Shown here piece after piece: positions 47,952-57,078 of a stretch of 64,000 bases of DNA. Position 1 is the first letter of the stretch. Each line of letters opens with the position of its first letter. Both the position numbers and the translations under genes were made by a program. This DNA is from a virus (lineage: Duplodnaviria; Caudoviricetes), in the IMG/VR virus record IMGVR_UViG_3300020236_000037, positions 2,051 to 66,050 of that record, one strand, 5' to 3'. Below the pieces are notes generated by a model that saw nothing but the letters and a program-made list of their open reading frames with translations, had not been told where the DNA came from and searched no databases.

Positions 47952-48223
47952 CACCACCAAGACGATGAGCAGCGATACATTCATCACAGTCCAACCAAAA
48001 AAAGGAGAAATGCAAGGCGGGTACTCAGACTGCAGTGTATTCGTCGTTGATGACGGATGCGAAAGACCTCTATCTCACGAGGAATTTAACGAGCTGACAG
48101 AATAATCGGGAGCAATGCATAAAGGGAAACTTGCCGTGAGCAGATACGAAGAACTCGATCCGTACGGAAAGATGGGACCGGCCGATCTTGGCTGGATGGA
48201 CGGAGAAGAGGAGGAGGAAGACG

Positions 48224-48457
48224 ATGAGGACGAATGATACGTTCGACAAGACAGTCGATCAGTACGAGGAGAGAATCAGGCTCTTGCGGGGAGATATCTC
48301 TGAGCTAGGAAAAGAGATCGATCGCTTGGTTATTGCACTTCATGACGCTATCAGGCTTCCGATGGGAGTGGTGCCAGACTCCGCAGACGAGTGGTTCTAC
48401 ACGCCAATGGACATTGAGGCGGAGGAGCGCAGGAAGAAAAGCTCTCGCAATGAATAA
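48224..48457 (+). CDS. small coiled-coil hypothetical protein
   Basis: GGAGG RBS; overlap with the next gene. Confidence 0.5.
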   Translation: MRTNDTFDKTVDQYEERIRLLRGDISELGKEIDRLVIALHDAIRLPMGVVPDSADEWFYTPMDIEAEERRKKSSRNE

Positions 48458-48677
48458 ACTAGCCAAGCGCCTGAATGCTGACGGACAAACCTACTGCGGG
48501 GAGAAGGCCGTCGGATTCGAGAAGAATGGACTTAGCCGCATCTACTTCGGCGTGAACTACGTCACCATCATAGATGGAAAGGCCACTAACAGGGTCCCCT
48601 CGGCCTGGGGAAAGAGTATCGGGAACTCGGCAGTCGAACTCGTTGAACAGTATCTTAACAAGGAGGACAGACAATGA
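48450..48677 (+). CDS. hypothetical protein
   Basis: Overlaps both neighbours. Confidence 0.5.
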   Translation: MNKLAKRLNADGQTYCGEKAVGFEKNGLSRIYFGVNYVTIIDGKATNRVPSAWGKSIGNSAVELVEQYLNKEDRQ

Positions 48678-49315
48678 AGAAGGCTGCAGACTCATGTGAC
48701 GGCACAAGGACGATTGTCATACCGAATCTTCATCTACATCGCATTGTGCTTCGGATTCGAGGCACATCGCCGTATGTACAAAATAGATTCAGTGCCAAGG
48801 CGGCAGCAGCAATTCTGGAGAACCAGCAGTCCACGAAAGCCACCAGGAAGAAGGCTGGGCCACTGGACGTTGAAGAGCAATACCAGAACGCCTTCCATCG
48901 GTCGCCCGACGGAAAGTGCGGTATCCCAGCAACTGCATTCAGAAACGCAATGATCTCTGCCTGCAGGGTTGCTGGATTTCAGATGACAAAGGGAAAGATG
49001 TCTGTCTTTATCGACGCAGACTTCTATGACGAAGTAGACGGCGTTCCGCTCGTTGCCATTTTCGGGGACTACGAGAAACTAGTGGCACCCGTCAGAACGA
49101 GTGACGGCAAGAAGTTTACAATGTCAGTTCGGCCAATGTGGAGGGAATGGAGTGCTGTGGTCAAGATAAACTATGACCCGGGACAGTTCGGCCCGAGGGA
49201 CGTGGCGCACCTCATGATAAGGGTGGGCATCCAGGTTGGCGTGGGGGAAGGGCGCCCTGACTCGAAGAACTCCAACGGTTGTGGTTGGGGTACATACTGT
49301 CTAGAAGAGAAATAG
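48674..49315 (+). CDS. stand-alone RAMP / Cas7-like protein
   Basis: LRIRGTSP (beta1), GIPATAFRNAMISA (IPxSxxKG-like), RPMWREWS, C-terminal Gly-rich loop GIQVGVGEGRP...GCGWGTY. Confidence 0.7.
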   Translation: MKKAADSCDGTRTIVIPNLHLHRIVLRIRGTSPYVQNRFSAKAAAAILENQQSTKATRKKAGPLDVEEQYQNAFHRSPDGKCGIPATAFRNAMISACRVAGFQMTKGKMSVFIDADFYDEVDGVPLVAIFGDYEKLVAPVRTSDGKKFTMSVRPMWREWSAVVKINYDPGQFGPRDVAHLMIRVGIQVGVGEGRPDSKNSNGCGWGTYCLEEK

Positions 49316-49325
49316 GAGGTGTCCC

Positions 49326-49814
49326 GTGGCGAAGTTTAAGGAAAAAGCAACGCTTGAACTTACCAGGATCTACCACAATAATGGGGGACTCAAGGCATCA
49401 GATGTTCTTGATGAGGCAAGGTCCGAGGACTCGCCCATCCATGAGTATTTCGAATGGGACGACAGCGTTGCGGCAAATCTGCACCGCCTCAAGCAGGCAA
49501 GGGTTCTTATCAGGGTGACCCCTGTTGAGATCTCAGAAGGTGTTGAGGAGAAGTTTATTCACGTTTCAGGTGCCAACGCATACTCCGAGGGAACCTATCT
49601 CCCGCCATCTGTAATCGTTCAGAATGGGGACATGTTCAATCGCGCTGTCAGTGAACTGCTAGGCAAGATACATGCCATGCAGTCAACAGTAGAGGATCTG
49701 CGTTCGATCTCAGGGTTTGCCGGCGGCACCGCAGAATCGCGGGTCCAGGTTGCGCTGAGATCACTTGAGGTTGCTGAATCCAGCCTCCAGCTCATGCTGC
49801 GTGAGGCTTCGTAG
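49326..49814 (+). CDS. conserved phage partner protein of the RAMP gene
   Basis: LKASDVLDEARSEDSPIHEYFEWDDSVAA..HRLKQARVLIR motif; GGAGG RBS with GTG start. Confidence 0.65.
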   Translation: MAKFKEKATLELTRIYHNNGGLKASDVLDEARSEDSPIHEYFEWDDSVAANLHRLKQARVLIRVTPVEISEGVEEKFIHVSGANAYSEGTYLPPSVIVQNGDMFNRAVSELLGKIHAMQSTVEDLRSISGFAGGTAESRVQVALRSLEVAESSLQLMLREAS

Positions 49815-50085
49815 CAGGCCGGGCGTAGCTAGGAAAACCAATGAGCTACTTGGCATGGCAGGCTATGCGTGGCAGCGATCTGATCGCCACAGAACTGCAC
49901 TACACGGCAGGCACGGCGCTGCGGGGCCAAGAACGGAATATCACGGCAGGAGATGCAACGCACCGCACCAAGCTGCGGGGCCAAGAACGGAATGACACGG
50001 CAGGCATGACATGGAACGGCATCTCTTGGCCAATCTCAGATTGTCATGGCTACTGGCTGGTCGTCGAGAGATCGGCGGCCAGCCC
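49813..50085 (+). repeat. 5-nt-periodic repeat array (five GGCAG-led units) ending in a hairpin
   Basis: Units at 49813, 49857, 49906, 49945 and 49999; lengths 44/49/39/54, all 5n+4; pentamers about NG(C/A)-NN; terminal stem ggctggtcg/cggccagcc. Confidence 0.8.
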
Positions 50086-50119
50086 CTTTGAGGCGTAAAG
50101 TCAACAGGAGGATAATTTT

Positions 50120-50530
50120 ATGTGTGATGCTCAGACTAAATTACGCAAAGAAATCTACCGTGATCGATGCAATGACCCTGAAAAGCGCAAGGCGTGGGAG
50201 GAATCTGGGCTTGTCCGACTGGACAGCTTGAAAAAGGGAGATGTGTTTGAAAACATTGACGGAGATTTTTTATTCGTGGACAGGCAGGCAGCAAATGGAC
50301 TCATTCACTCCAAGGGATGGGGACACGATGAATTGACGCATATGATACCGTCAGCTCTGGTTCGGCCGGTAATACGGAGAACATACGACAAAATAAGTGA
50401 TATTGAATTCCTCGGAAAAAATCCCACGGACGACGAACTTACTGGGAGACTACTAAATGACAAAAAAAACAAGCCAAGAATTACTTCAGAAGGCCAGGGA
50501 CAATTGCACAAGTATGTTGATCCAGTCTAG
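50120..50530 (+). CDS. hypothetical protein
   Basis: AGGAGG RBS. Confidence 0.55.
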   Translation: MCDAQTKLRKEIYRDRCNDPEKRKAWEESGLVRLDSLKKGDVFENIDGDFLFVDRQAANGLIHSKGWGHDELTHMIPSALVRPVIRRTYDKISDIEFLGKNPTDDELTGRLLNDKKNKPRITSEGQGQLHKYVDPV

Positions 50531-50685
50531 CTCGTCTCTTTTTGAAGGCGACTGTAAATCCACCACACCTGTTGATATCGATGCGATAGCGGAAGGAATC
50601 TACGAGGCAGCAGAGAGGTGGTATCTGGAAAATTCTTCCAGGCCGGACTTGACAGAAGACTGAGAATCTGCCAATATTAGAAAAG

Positions 50686-50725
50686 TCCGGCCGGCCCACA
50701 ATTGACCTGCGGCCGGGTATTTTTT
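50686..50725 (+). terminator. intrinsic terminator-like hairpin
   Basis: ccggccg / cggccgg stem followed by gtatttttt. Confidence 0.55.
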
Positions 50726-50729
50726 GTTC

Positions 50730-51860
50730 AGCGAAGGTTGCTGCCTCCCTGAACCGCATCTACGGATGCCCCGGTGTAACTGGGGCAGGTAGATGATTGG
50801 CTGCTGAGCGGGCTTTTGAAAGGTTGAAGCCTTGCCCGTCAGAAGTCAGCGGGAGCCGTTAAGAAGGCTTCAACCGCAAGACATTGGAGAAGCATTCCAG
50901 CTTAACCATGCCTACGGAAATCATAACACAACCCGACCGGCCGATCAAGCCTGGATACAGGTACAGCCTGGGTTTTCTTCAGATCGATGAGCCAGGAAAC
51001 ACCAACAGCCCACTTGACGCGAGGCCAGGTGAGCTGTTAGGGTTGTATCATGCAACTGAACAACAAACGAATTATCGCACGAACCGAAACATCCTGCAAG
51101 GGCATATTCGCCTTTTCGGGATGTTTTTACAGGTACAGCCTGGTTTTTCTTCGAAAGAGAAGGACCAGGCTGTCTTTGTGTCTGCCCGACTTGAACCTAA
51201 ACCCAACGACGAAGTGTGACGAGCTCTGGGTTCAGGAAGGAAGTGGCACCCAAAGTATGCACCCTGGCCGGAATGTCCGGTGCAGGGGCGGAAGGTGCCC
51301 CGGCGTTTGAAGTGACAGTAGTATTGGAGAAATGACCGCACATTAGTGCAACTGACCACCAAGAACCCAGCGGGAAGCTCAGAAAGGCCGTGAAGCGGTA
51401 TGTGTCTGGACGACATAAAGTCCTGCCGCCTGTTGGCACCGCACCTCGTTTAATCGAGGTAACTACTGTATACTGAGGCACTTACGCTGCCACGCCGTAA
51501 AAAGTGGACTGAGAAACCAGGAGTAGCCTGGACAGTCTTACCGAGGGGGGTTTTGTAGAATGGCCGACCGACTGTGTCTTCCGAAGGTTACGTCAACAGC
51601 TAAGTGAACCTTTTGTACATCGAGTGTCCAGTGTTACGCTCTTGGAGGGTTACGTTGTCTGGTATGAAGACCTTTGAGGGAAGGCAAGCCGAAAGCACGG
51701 TTGAAGACCTGCTTAGGGGTCCTGGGAGATGCACTACTATCTACAGCAGTCAGGAGAACGACGCACTGTGGTACGTATCAGTATCTCCTCTACCCAGCCA
51801 GAGAGGGGTAATGCCGCGTCCGCAAATTGGCGTCTTACCACCACTTGCAAGGGGTGTGGT
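50730..51860 (+). ncRNA. candidate large structured non-coding RNA region
   Basis: No convincing ORF; many perfect stems, including long-range ones (see findings). Confidence 0.5.
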
Positions 51861-51878
51861 CTCGACGAGGAGAAAACA

Positions 51879-52178
51879 ATGGGAGACATGGCGGACTACT
51901 TTCTGGAGGAAGTTGAGGATTTCGAGTGTCGACGACTCGATTACAAATCTGGGAGAATAAGCGACGAGGAGGCATATGACAGGGGAATCATAGATGAGAT
52001 GGGTTATGAATATATTCCTGGCGTGTCGACAGGGAAGGCCGGGAGTCTGGACAACCAATCAAAGACATGTAGAAGCTGTGGAACAGCAAGACTCCACTGG
52101 GGTAAACACAAGGGGAAATGGAGATTGTTCGACTTACATGGACTTCATCAATGCAAGGTAAATCCGCTCATGGGTTAA
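51879..52178 (+). CDS. small zinc-ribbon protein
   Basis: GAGGAG RBS; MGDMAD...TCRSCG...LHW...KWRL...HQC. Confidence 0.6.
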   Translation: MGDMADYFLEEVEDFECRRLDYKSGRISDEEAYDRGIIDEMGYEYIPGVSTGKAGSLDNQSKTCRSCGTARLHWGKHKGKWRLFDLHGLHQCKVNPLMG

Positions 52179-52306
52179 TGGGCGTGAAGTGCAATGTCCG
52201 TGTCAGTGTGTAGGGTGGATGGAATCGGTGGTTCGTGTCAGGTGTTGGAATTCCTGGTGCAACTTCATAGATGATGCCGTTAAAGCAGGGGTTAAAATGA
52301 GGTGGC

Positions 52307-52519
52307 ATGAAAGACACAGTATCATTCAAGGTGGCGGAATGCAGGTCAGTAGCAGTTGATATTTCATCTTCAATTCAATGGAGTTCCTGGGGAAGTGTGA
52401 TATCTGTAGTCAGAATTCCGTATGAAATGTATGAGATATGGTTCAAGTACGATGCCGAGGAAATACGTGCATCGGAAATTGATGATGCTATCAAAACATT
52501 AACCAGGAATGCCTATTGA
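52307..52519 (+). CDS. hypothetical protein
   Basis: GAGG RBS. Confidence 0.4.
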   Translation: MKDTVSFKVAECRSVAVDISSSIQWSSWGSVISVVRIPYEMYEIWFKYDAEEIRASEIDDAIKTLTRNAY

Positions 52520-52530
52520 GTGTGAAATGA

Positions 52531-54387
52531 GTGACCAAGAAAATGAACCAAGGATCGTTTGAGTTCACCAGGAAGGACCTTGAGAAAACAACCTTCGAGC
52601 ATGAGTTCAATGGATACAAGCTGAGACACTATCAGTCAGCCGCGTTAGAGAATGCCTTCAGGATTTGGGACTCCGGGAGCGTGGGTGCTCTGATACGCGC
52701 TGCCACTGGAACAGGGAAGACGCTGACGGCCGCGGCTATCATCGATGAATGGCTGAGGAGGGATAATGAAAGGAATAGGGTAATCATCCTCTGCCACGAG
52801 AGACAGTTGGTGAAGCAGTTCGCAAGGGAGGTGAACAAGTTCCTTGCTATAGAACCAGCCATAGAGATGGCTAGCTTTTCCCCTGATAGGAACACGATTA
52901 ACAGTTCCCTGATAACAGTAGCCAGCCGGCAGACCCTGTACCAGAAGATAAAGGAAGAGGGTGGACCTGTCATCTCAAGGCTGCACAAGTTTGACAACCT
53001 ATTGAACTGGCTGTGCATATGTGACGAGGCGCATCGATACAAGAAGTCAATGAAGTCCGTTCAGCACATCTTCGAGTACTTCGAGCAGAACGTGAAGTCA
53101 GTCAGGCTAGGAATCACCGCGACACCCTGGAGAGACACGGACAAGATCTCTCTTAATTGTCTGTTTGACAAGCCGGCTCTTGATTATCCACTATATTCAC
53201 ATGAAGACAAACATAGCTCGGTCAAGGACGGATACTCGGTTCCCTATCGCGTGTTCAACGTGAAAGTAGAAGGCGTCGATTTCGCACAGATCAAAGAGTC
53301 AACTCTCGGTGGAGTGAAGGACTACAGCGCAGAGGACCTGGAGGCTGCCATGCTCCGGATCGAGGCGCTGTCGTCTGTAGTTCAGCCTACGATCGACATC
53401 GTTGGGAACAGAAGAACTATCGTCTTCTCACCGACTGTGAACATGGCACTGGCAGTACAAGAGCACATCAACACAATAGCCGGCGATGGGTCATGCCGAT
53501 GCATACACGGAAAGACCCCTGACGATGAGAGGACAGCGATCCTCAATGATTACGAGAATGATATGTTCCAGTTTCTGAGTGCCTGCATGATGTGCCAGGA
53601 GGGTTGGGACAGTCCTGGTACAGCTGCAGTTGCTGTGTTCCGTCCTACTAAGAGTCGTGCTCGCATAGAGCAGATGTGTGGCCGTGCATCAAGAGTCCTT
53701 CCCGGTGTGATAGATGGTATCTCGTCCGCAGAAGAAAGGGTCGAGGCGATACGCAAGAGCGACAAGCCTGACGCCTACATCATAAACCTGGTTGGGATGT
53801 CTGGTCTCGGGGGGCAGAAGACAGCAATAGACATCATGGCCGAGGGTCTGCCTGACGAGATTATTGAGCATGCCGTAGAGGCCTCCGAAGGGACCGGTAG
53901 CTATGATCCGATTGAAATTGTTGAAGATGAAAAAGAAAAAGACCGGAAACGAGAAGAAGAGAAGGCGCGAAAGGAGGCGGCGAGACTGCAGGCCGAGAAA
54001 GTCGCAAAAGAACAGAGGAGAAAACACGCCGCTGAAATGCAGGCGCTGAGCCCCAAGGTAAACTACTATATTGGCGATTCAGGAGACCCAAATGATCTAT
54101 CAAAGTCCTCTCAGATAATCATGAAGTTCGGTAAGTTCAAGGGGGTCTACGTATACCAGCTTCCAGACTGGTACCTCAAGGCGTTCGTTGAGAAGAGCGG
54201 AAGTCCCTTCAGATACATACTGATGAAGGAGATCGGTCGAAGAAACAGCGTTCGCAGGGAAGAGAGGATGAACAAAAAGGAACTGCGAGAAACACAACTC
54301 GCCAGAAGCAGAAAGGAGATAGGAGGTCGGAGTGAGACTGCGAGTAAGTCAATTGATGACATCAACAAAATACTTCTAGGAGGATGA
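52531..54387 (+). CDS. SF2 (DEAH-type) helicase
   Basis: AATGTGKT, CDEAH, GITATP, EGWD, QMCGRASR; C-terminal MKFGKFKG..LPDWYL domain. Confidence 0.92.
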   Translation: MTKKMNQGSFEFTRKDLEKTTFEHEFNGYKLRHYQSAALENAFRIWDSGSVGALIRAATGTGKTLTAAAIIDEWLRRDNERNRVIILCHERQLVKQFAREVNKFLAIEPAIEMASFSPDRNTINSSLITVASRQTLYQKIKEEGGPVISRLHKFDNLLNWLCICDEAHRYKKSMKSVQHIFEYFEQNVKSVRLGITATPWRDTDKISLNCLFDKPALDYPLYSHEDKHSSVKDGYSVPYRVFNVKVEGVDFAQIKESTLGGVKDYSAEDLEAAMLRIEALSSVVQPTIDIVGNRRTIVFSPTVNMALAVQEHINTIAGDGSCRCIHGKTPDDERTAILNDYENDMFQFLSACMMCQEGWDSPGTAAVAVFRPTKSRARIEQMCGRASRVLPGVIDGISSAEERVEAIRKSDKPDAYIINLVGMSGLGGQKTAIDIMAEGLPDEIIEHAVEASEGTGSYDPIEIVEDEKEKDRKREEEKARKEAARLQAEKVAKEQRRKHAAEMQALSPKVNYYIGDSGDPNDLSKSSQIIMKFGKFKGVYVYQLPDWYLKAFVEKSGSPFRYILMKEIGRRNSVRREERMNKKELRETQLARSRKEIGGRSETASKSIDDINKILLGG

Positions 54388-54388
54388 A

Positions 54389-54706
54389 ATGGATATTCCC
54401 ACAGCGGAAGCAACCACGGACATCAAGGCCGCGTCGAAGGGGAAGTTCAAGAACCTGACTCTGTATAGGATCCCGAAGTACGATGGCCTGTATCGCCTTG
54501 AGTCACACGCCGGCCGCCTCTTGTTGCCAATGGACCATGGCAATGTCATGGCGCTGACTGCTGGGAAGGCCACTAAGGAAGGCGTGCCAACGCAGGCTGT
54601 CAGCATCTTCAGTAAGTGGCTGGACGTAGAGCCAAGGGTGATCGACCTGGAAGTAGCATTTCCAACAGACGGGACTCCAAACGATGAAGAGAAAGCGCCC
54701 TTCTAA
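54389..54706 (+). CDS. hypothetical protein
   Basis: GGAGG RBS; packed operon. Confidence 0.55.
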   Translation: MDIPTAEATTDIKAASKGKFKNLTLYRIPKYDGLYRLESHAGRLLLPMDHGNVMALTAGKATKEGVPTQAVSIFSKWLDVEPRVIDLEVAFPTDGTPNDEEKAPF

Positions 54707-55088
54707 GTGCCTTCTGGGATACAGGAGCAAGCACGGACGCTGCGCTTTGTGTGGGATACACATCGAGGACACATGGAAGTATCGAGATATCCCAAGGCTT
54801 CAGATGGCACACATCATAGGAGGTGCCAGCAGAAAGAACATTGGATGGAACGTGCTGATGTTATGCAGCGCGTGTCATGGGTCTCAGCATAGCAGCAACT
54901 ATTATGACCGCGGAGTTCGGTGGCCTGACATCACGCATGGGATGCTGTTTGCTGCGAAGAAGCGGCTCACTGAGCTAGAGCCAGCGATGCTAGCTGATTT
55001 GTGGGGTCGCACCGAGGGGTACGTAATCGAGTTGTCTGAAACCAGAATACCAGATGAGATTCTGGAGGAGAGGAAGAAATGGATTTAG
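54684..55088 (+). CDS. HNH-type (NinG-like) nuclease
   Basis: CALCG...MAHII...NVLMLCSACH. Confidence 0.7.
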   Translation: MKRKRPSKCLLGYRSKHGRCALCGIHIEDTWKYRDIPRLQMAHIIGGASRKNIGWNVLMLCSACHGSQHSSNYYDRGVRWPDITHGMLFAAKKRLTELEPAMLADLWGRTEGYVIELSETRIPDEILEERKKWI

Positions 55089-55903
55089 AGAAACTCAAGG
55101 ACAAGTTCAAGCCGAGCGATATCGAGTGGATGATTCAGCCTGGTGGTGTTGGGAAAACATCCCGGGGGTTCTGGGGGAAGACCATTGCGTACATCGACAA
55201 TCGAGCCATCATGGATCGTCTCGACTTTGCATGTGCTCCCGAGAACTGGCGGAACAACTTCCAGGACTTCAAGGGAGGAATAATCTGCAACCTCTCGATC
55301 AACATCCCGGATGCTGGGTGGATCACGAAGTCTGACGGATGTGACTCAAGCGAGGTAGAGCCTTTCAAGGGAGCTATCTCCGGATCAATGAAGAGGGCCG
55401 CCTACCACTGGGGGATTGGAAGATACCTATACGATCTCCCTACTGGGTTCTGTAATATCATCGATGACGCAGAGGTAAAGAGAAGGAGGAACAACAACCT
55501 GTTCGTCGGGTACAATAACTCACAGGACAAGAAGACCAAGGAATGGATCACCTTTTACTGGACTCCGCCTAACCTGCCAGACTGGGCAGTTCCCGAGGAA
55601 TTCAGGGGAAAGGACCACTACAGTCTTGATGCTAGCTTGAAGGAGGAATCCAGTAGGCAGAAGGCCAGCTTACCGAAAACCTCGGCTGACTTGCCTGACG
55701 CTCCGAGCGAAGAAGAATTATCTGTGGCAGTCAAAGCAATGCAGGCTATGATAAAGACAGATGACCCTGAGAAGCTGTACAAGATGTTCGAAAGGATCAG
55801 GGAACGCCACAGTGAGAAACTCATCACAGATACTCAACTAGCTGAACTTCAGCTGTTCCATGACACTAAGAAGGCGGAGCTTAGCACCAGGCCAAAGGAG
55901 TGA
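55079..55903 (+). CDS. Rad52/Rad22-family ssDNA annealing protein
   Basis: FKPSDIEW..AYIDNRAIMDRLD..WITKSDG..KGAISGSMKRAAYHWGIGRYLYDLP. Confidence 0.9.
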   Translation: MDLEKLKDKFKPSDIEWMIQPGGVGKTSRGFWGKTIAYIDNRAIMDRLDFACAPENWRNNFQDFKGGIICNLSINIPDAGWITKSDGCDSSEVEPFKGAISGSMKRAAYHWGIGRYLYDLPTGFCNIIDDAEVKRRRNNNLFVGYNNSQDKKTKEWITFYWTPPNLPDWAVPEEFRGKDHYSLDASLKEESSRQKASLPKTSADLPDAPSEEELSVAVKAMQAMIKTDDPEKLYKMFERIRERHSEKLITDTQLAELQLFHDTKKAELSTRPKE

Positions 55904-56842
55904 TTGATGACCGGCACTGATCTTACAGTGAAAGAGAGTCCCCTGGACACCAAGCTGTTTGACGTCACGTTGACACAGACAGGCATATCACTACCTGACA
56001 ATGCATCCTTTGACCTAAGCTACTCTGAGTGGTTAGCCGTCGGGACCTACCTTAACAGGGTAAGCAAAGCGTTTAGGTGGTGGGTTGGGGACTGGCTCAA
56101 CTATGCTGAGAGCAGGAAAGACCTAAGCGACAGGCTGGACCAGGCCGTCAGCATGTTTGATGCGTCCTACAATACGCTTCAGATGTATGCTAGCGTCGCC
56201 AAGAGGGTCCCCTACGACCAGAGAAGGAAGGAACTGTCCTGGTCGATGCACAATGCCGTATCCTCACTGAGCGTCAGTGAGCAGAAGTACTGGCTAGACG
56301 TTGCTGCGCCAGACGAGGGTGACAAGATCCCAATGACGGTTCGTGAACTAAAGAGCCTGATCAGTGTCGAGAAGGCGCGGACCATGAAGAGGCCTCTTGA
56401 AGAGACGTATCGGTGTATCGTTGCTGACATACCGTGGGAGACGATGTCCATGGACGAGATACGACTGCTAAATCTTCATCGACTGGCAGCGCCTGACGGA
56501 TCGCACATGTTCATGACTCTGTCTCAGCGGACAATCAACGTCGGCTTGGATCTAGTGAAGAGGTGGCACTTCACTTTCCAGGAGCTACTGTGCTGTGTTG
56601 GTGAGCCTCTGCCCAGAGGATCAGGGTGGGCGCAGAACGTAAGGTACTGCATCTTCTCATCAAAGGACAAGCTCGGCATCGTTACGCCGGGACTCCCCGC
56701 GGGCATCACCAGTAACCTGTACGAGCCAACCATATCAGACTTCCTTGGTGTGATCGAGAAGGCAAGTCCTGGACCGAGGATATTCGTATCGAAGGAAAAG
56801 CAGAGTTCAAGCGTCACTGGTTATGATTTCTGGTTGCTGTAA
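55904..56842 (+). CDS. fusion protein with a degenerate MT-A70-like methyltransferase domain
   Basis: N-terminal WWVGDWLNY domain; C-terminal YRCIVADIPW..MSMDEIRLL...LAAPDG (DPPW changed to DIPW). Confidence 0.6.
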   Translation: MMTGTDLTVKESPLDTKLFDVTLTQTGISLPDNASFDLSYSEWLAVGTYLNRVSKAFRWWVGDWLNYAESRKDLSDRLDQAVSMFDASYNTLQMYASVAKRVPYDQRRKELSWSMHNAVSSLSVSEQKYWLDVAAPDEGDKIPMTVRELKSLISVEKARTMKRPLEETYRCIVADIPWETMSMDEIRLLNLHRLAAPDGSHMFMTLSQRTINVGLDLVKRWHFTFQELLCCVGEPLPRGSGWAQNVRYCIFSSKDKLGIVTPGLPAGITSNLYEPTISDFLGVIEKASPGPRIFVSKEKQSSSVTGYDFWLL

Positions 56843-56860
56843 ACCAAGAAGGAATTTATC

Positions 56861-57067
56861 ATGCTGGTGCTGTCCAGGAGGATAGACCAAAAAGTGTACC
56901 TTCAGATTGAGGGGAGAGAGGACATCGTAATAACAGTTGTCGACTCTTGTTACGTGCGAGGAAAGCCACAGGTCAAGATCGGATTCGACGCGCCTAGTGA
57001 TGTTACGATACTCAGGGACGACATTGGAAACTTGTCACCAAGGGACAGAACAAGGAAGCAAAGGTAA
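56861..57067 (+). CDS. csrA: CsrA-like RNA-binding regulator
   Basis: MLVLSRR..Q.V...I.ITVV...QVKIGFDAPSDVTILR. Confidence 0.85.
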   Translation: MLVLSRRIDQKVYLQIEGREDIVITVVDSCYVRGKPQVKIGFDAPSDVTILRDDIGNLSPRDRTRKQR

Positions 57068-57078
57068 GGAGTTACTTC

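Noticed and set aside
49841-50098. 85-aa ORF over the pentamer array
   Set aside because: Weak RBS, and a 5-nt period with 5n+4 units is not compatible with codon-level selection; treated as non-coding but not excluded
50920-51520. Twister, group I intron, RNase P or cobalamin riboswitch motifs
   Set aside because: Only fragments of each consensus were present; the required core elements are missing
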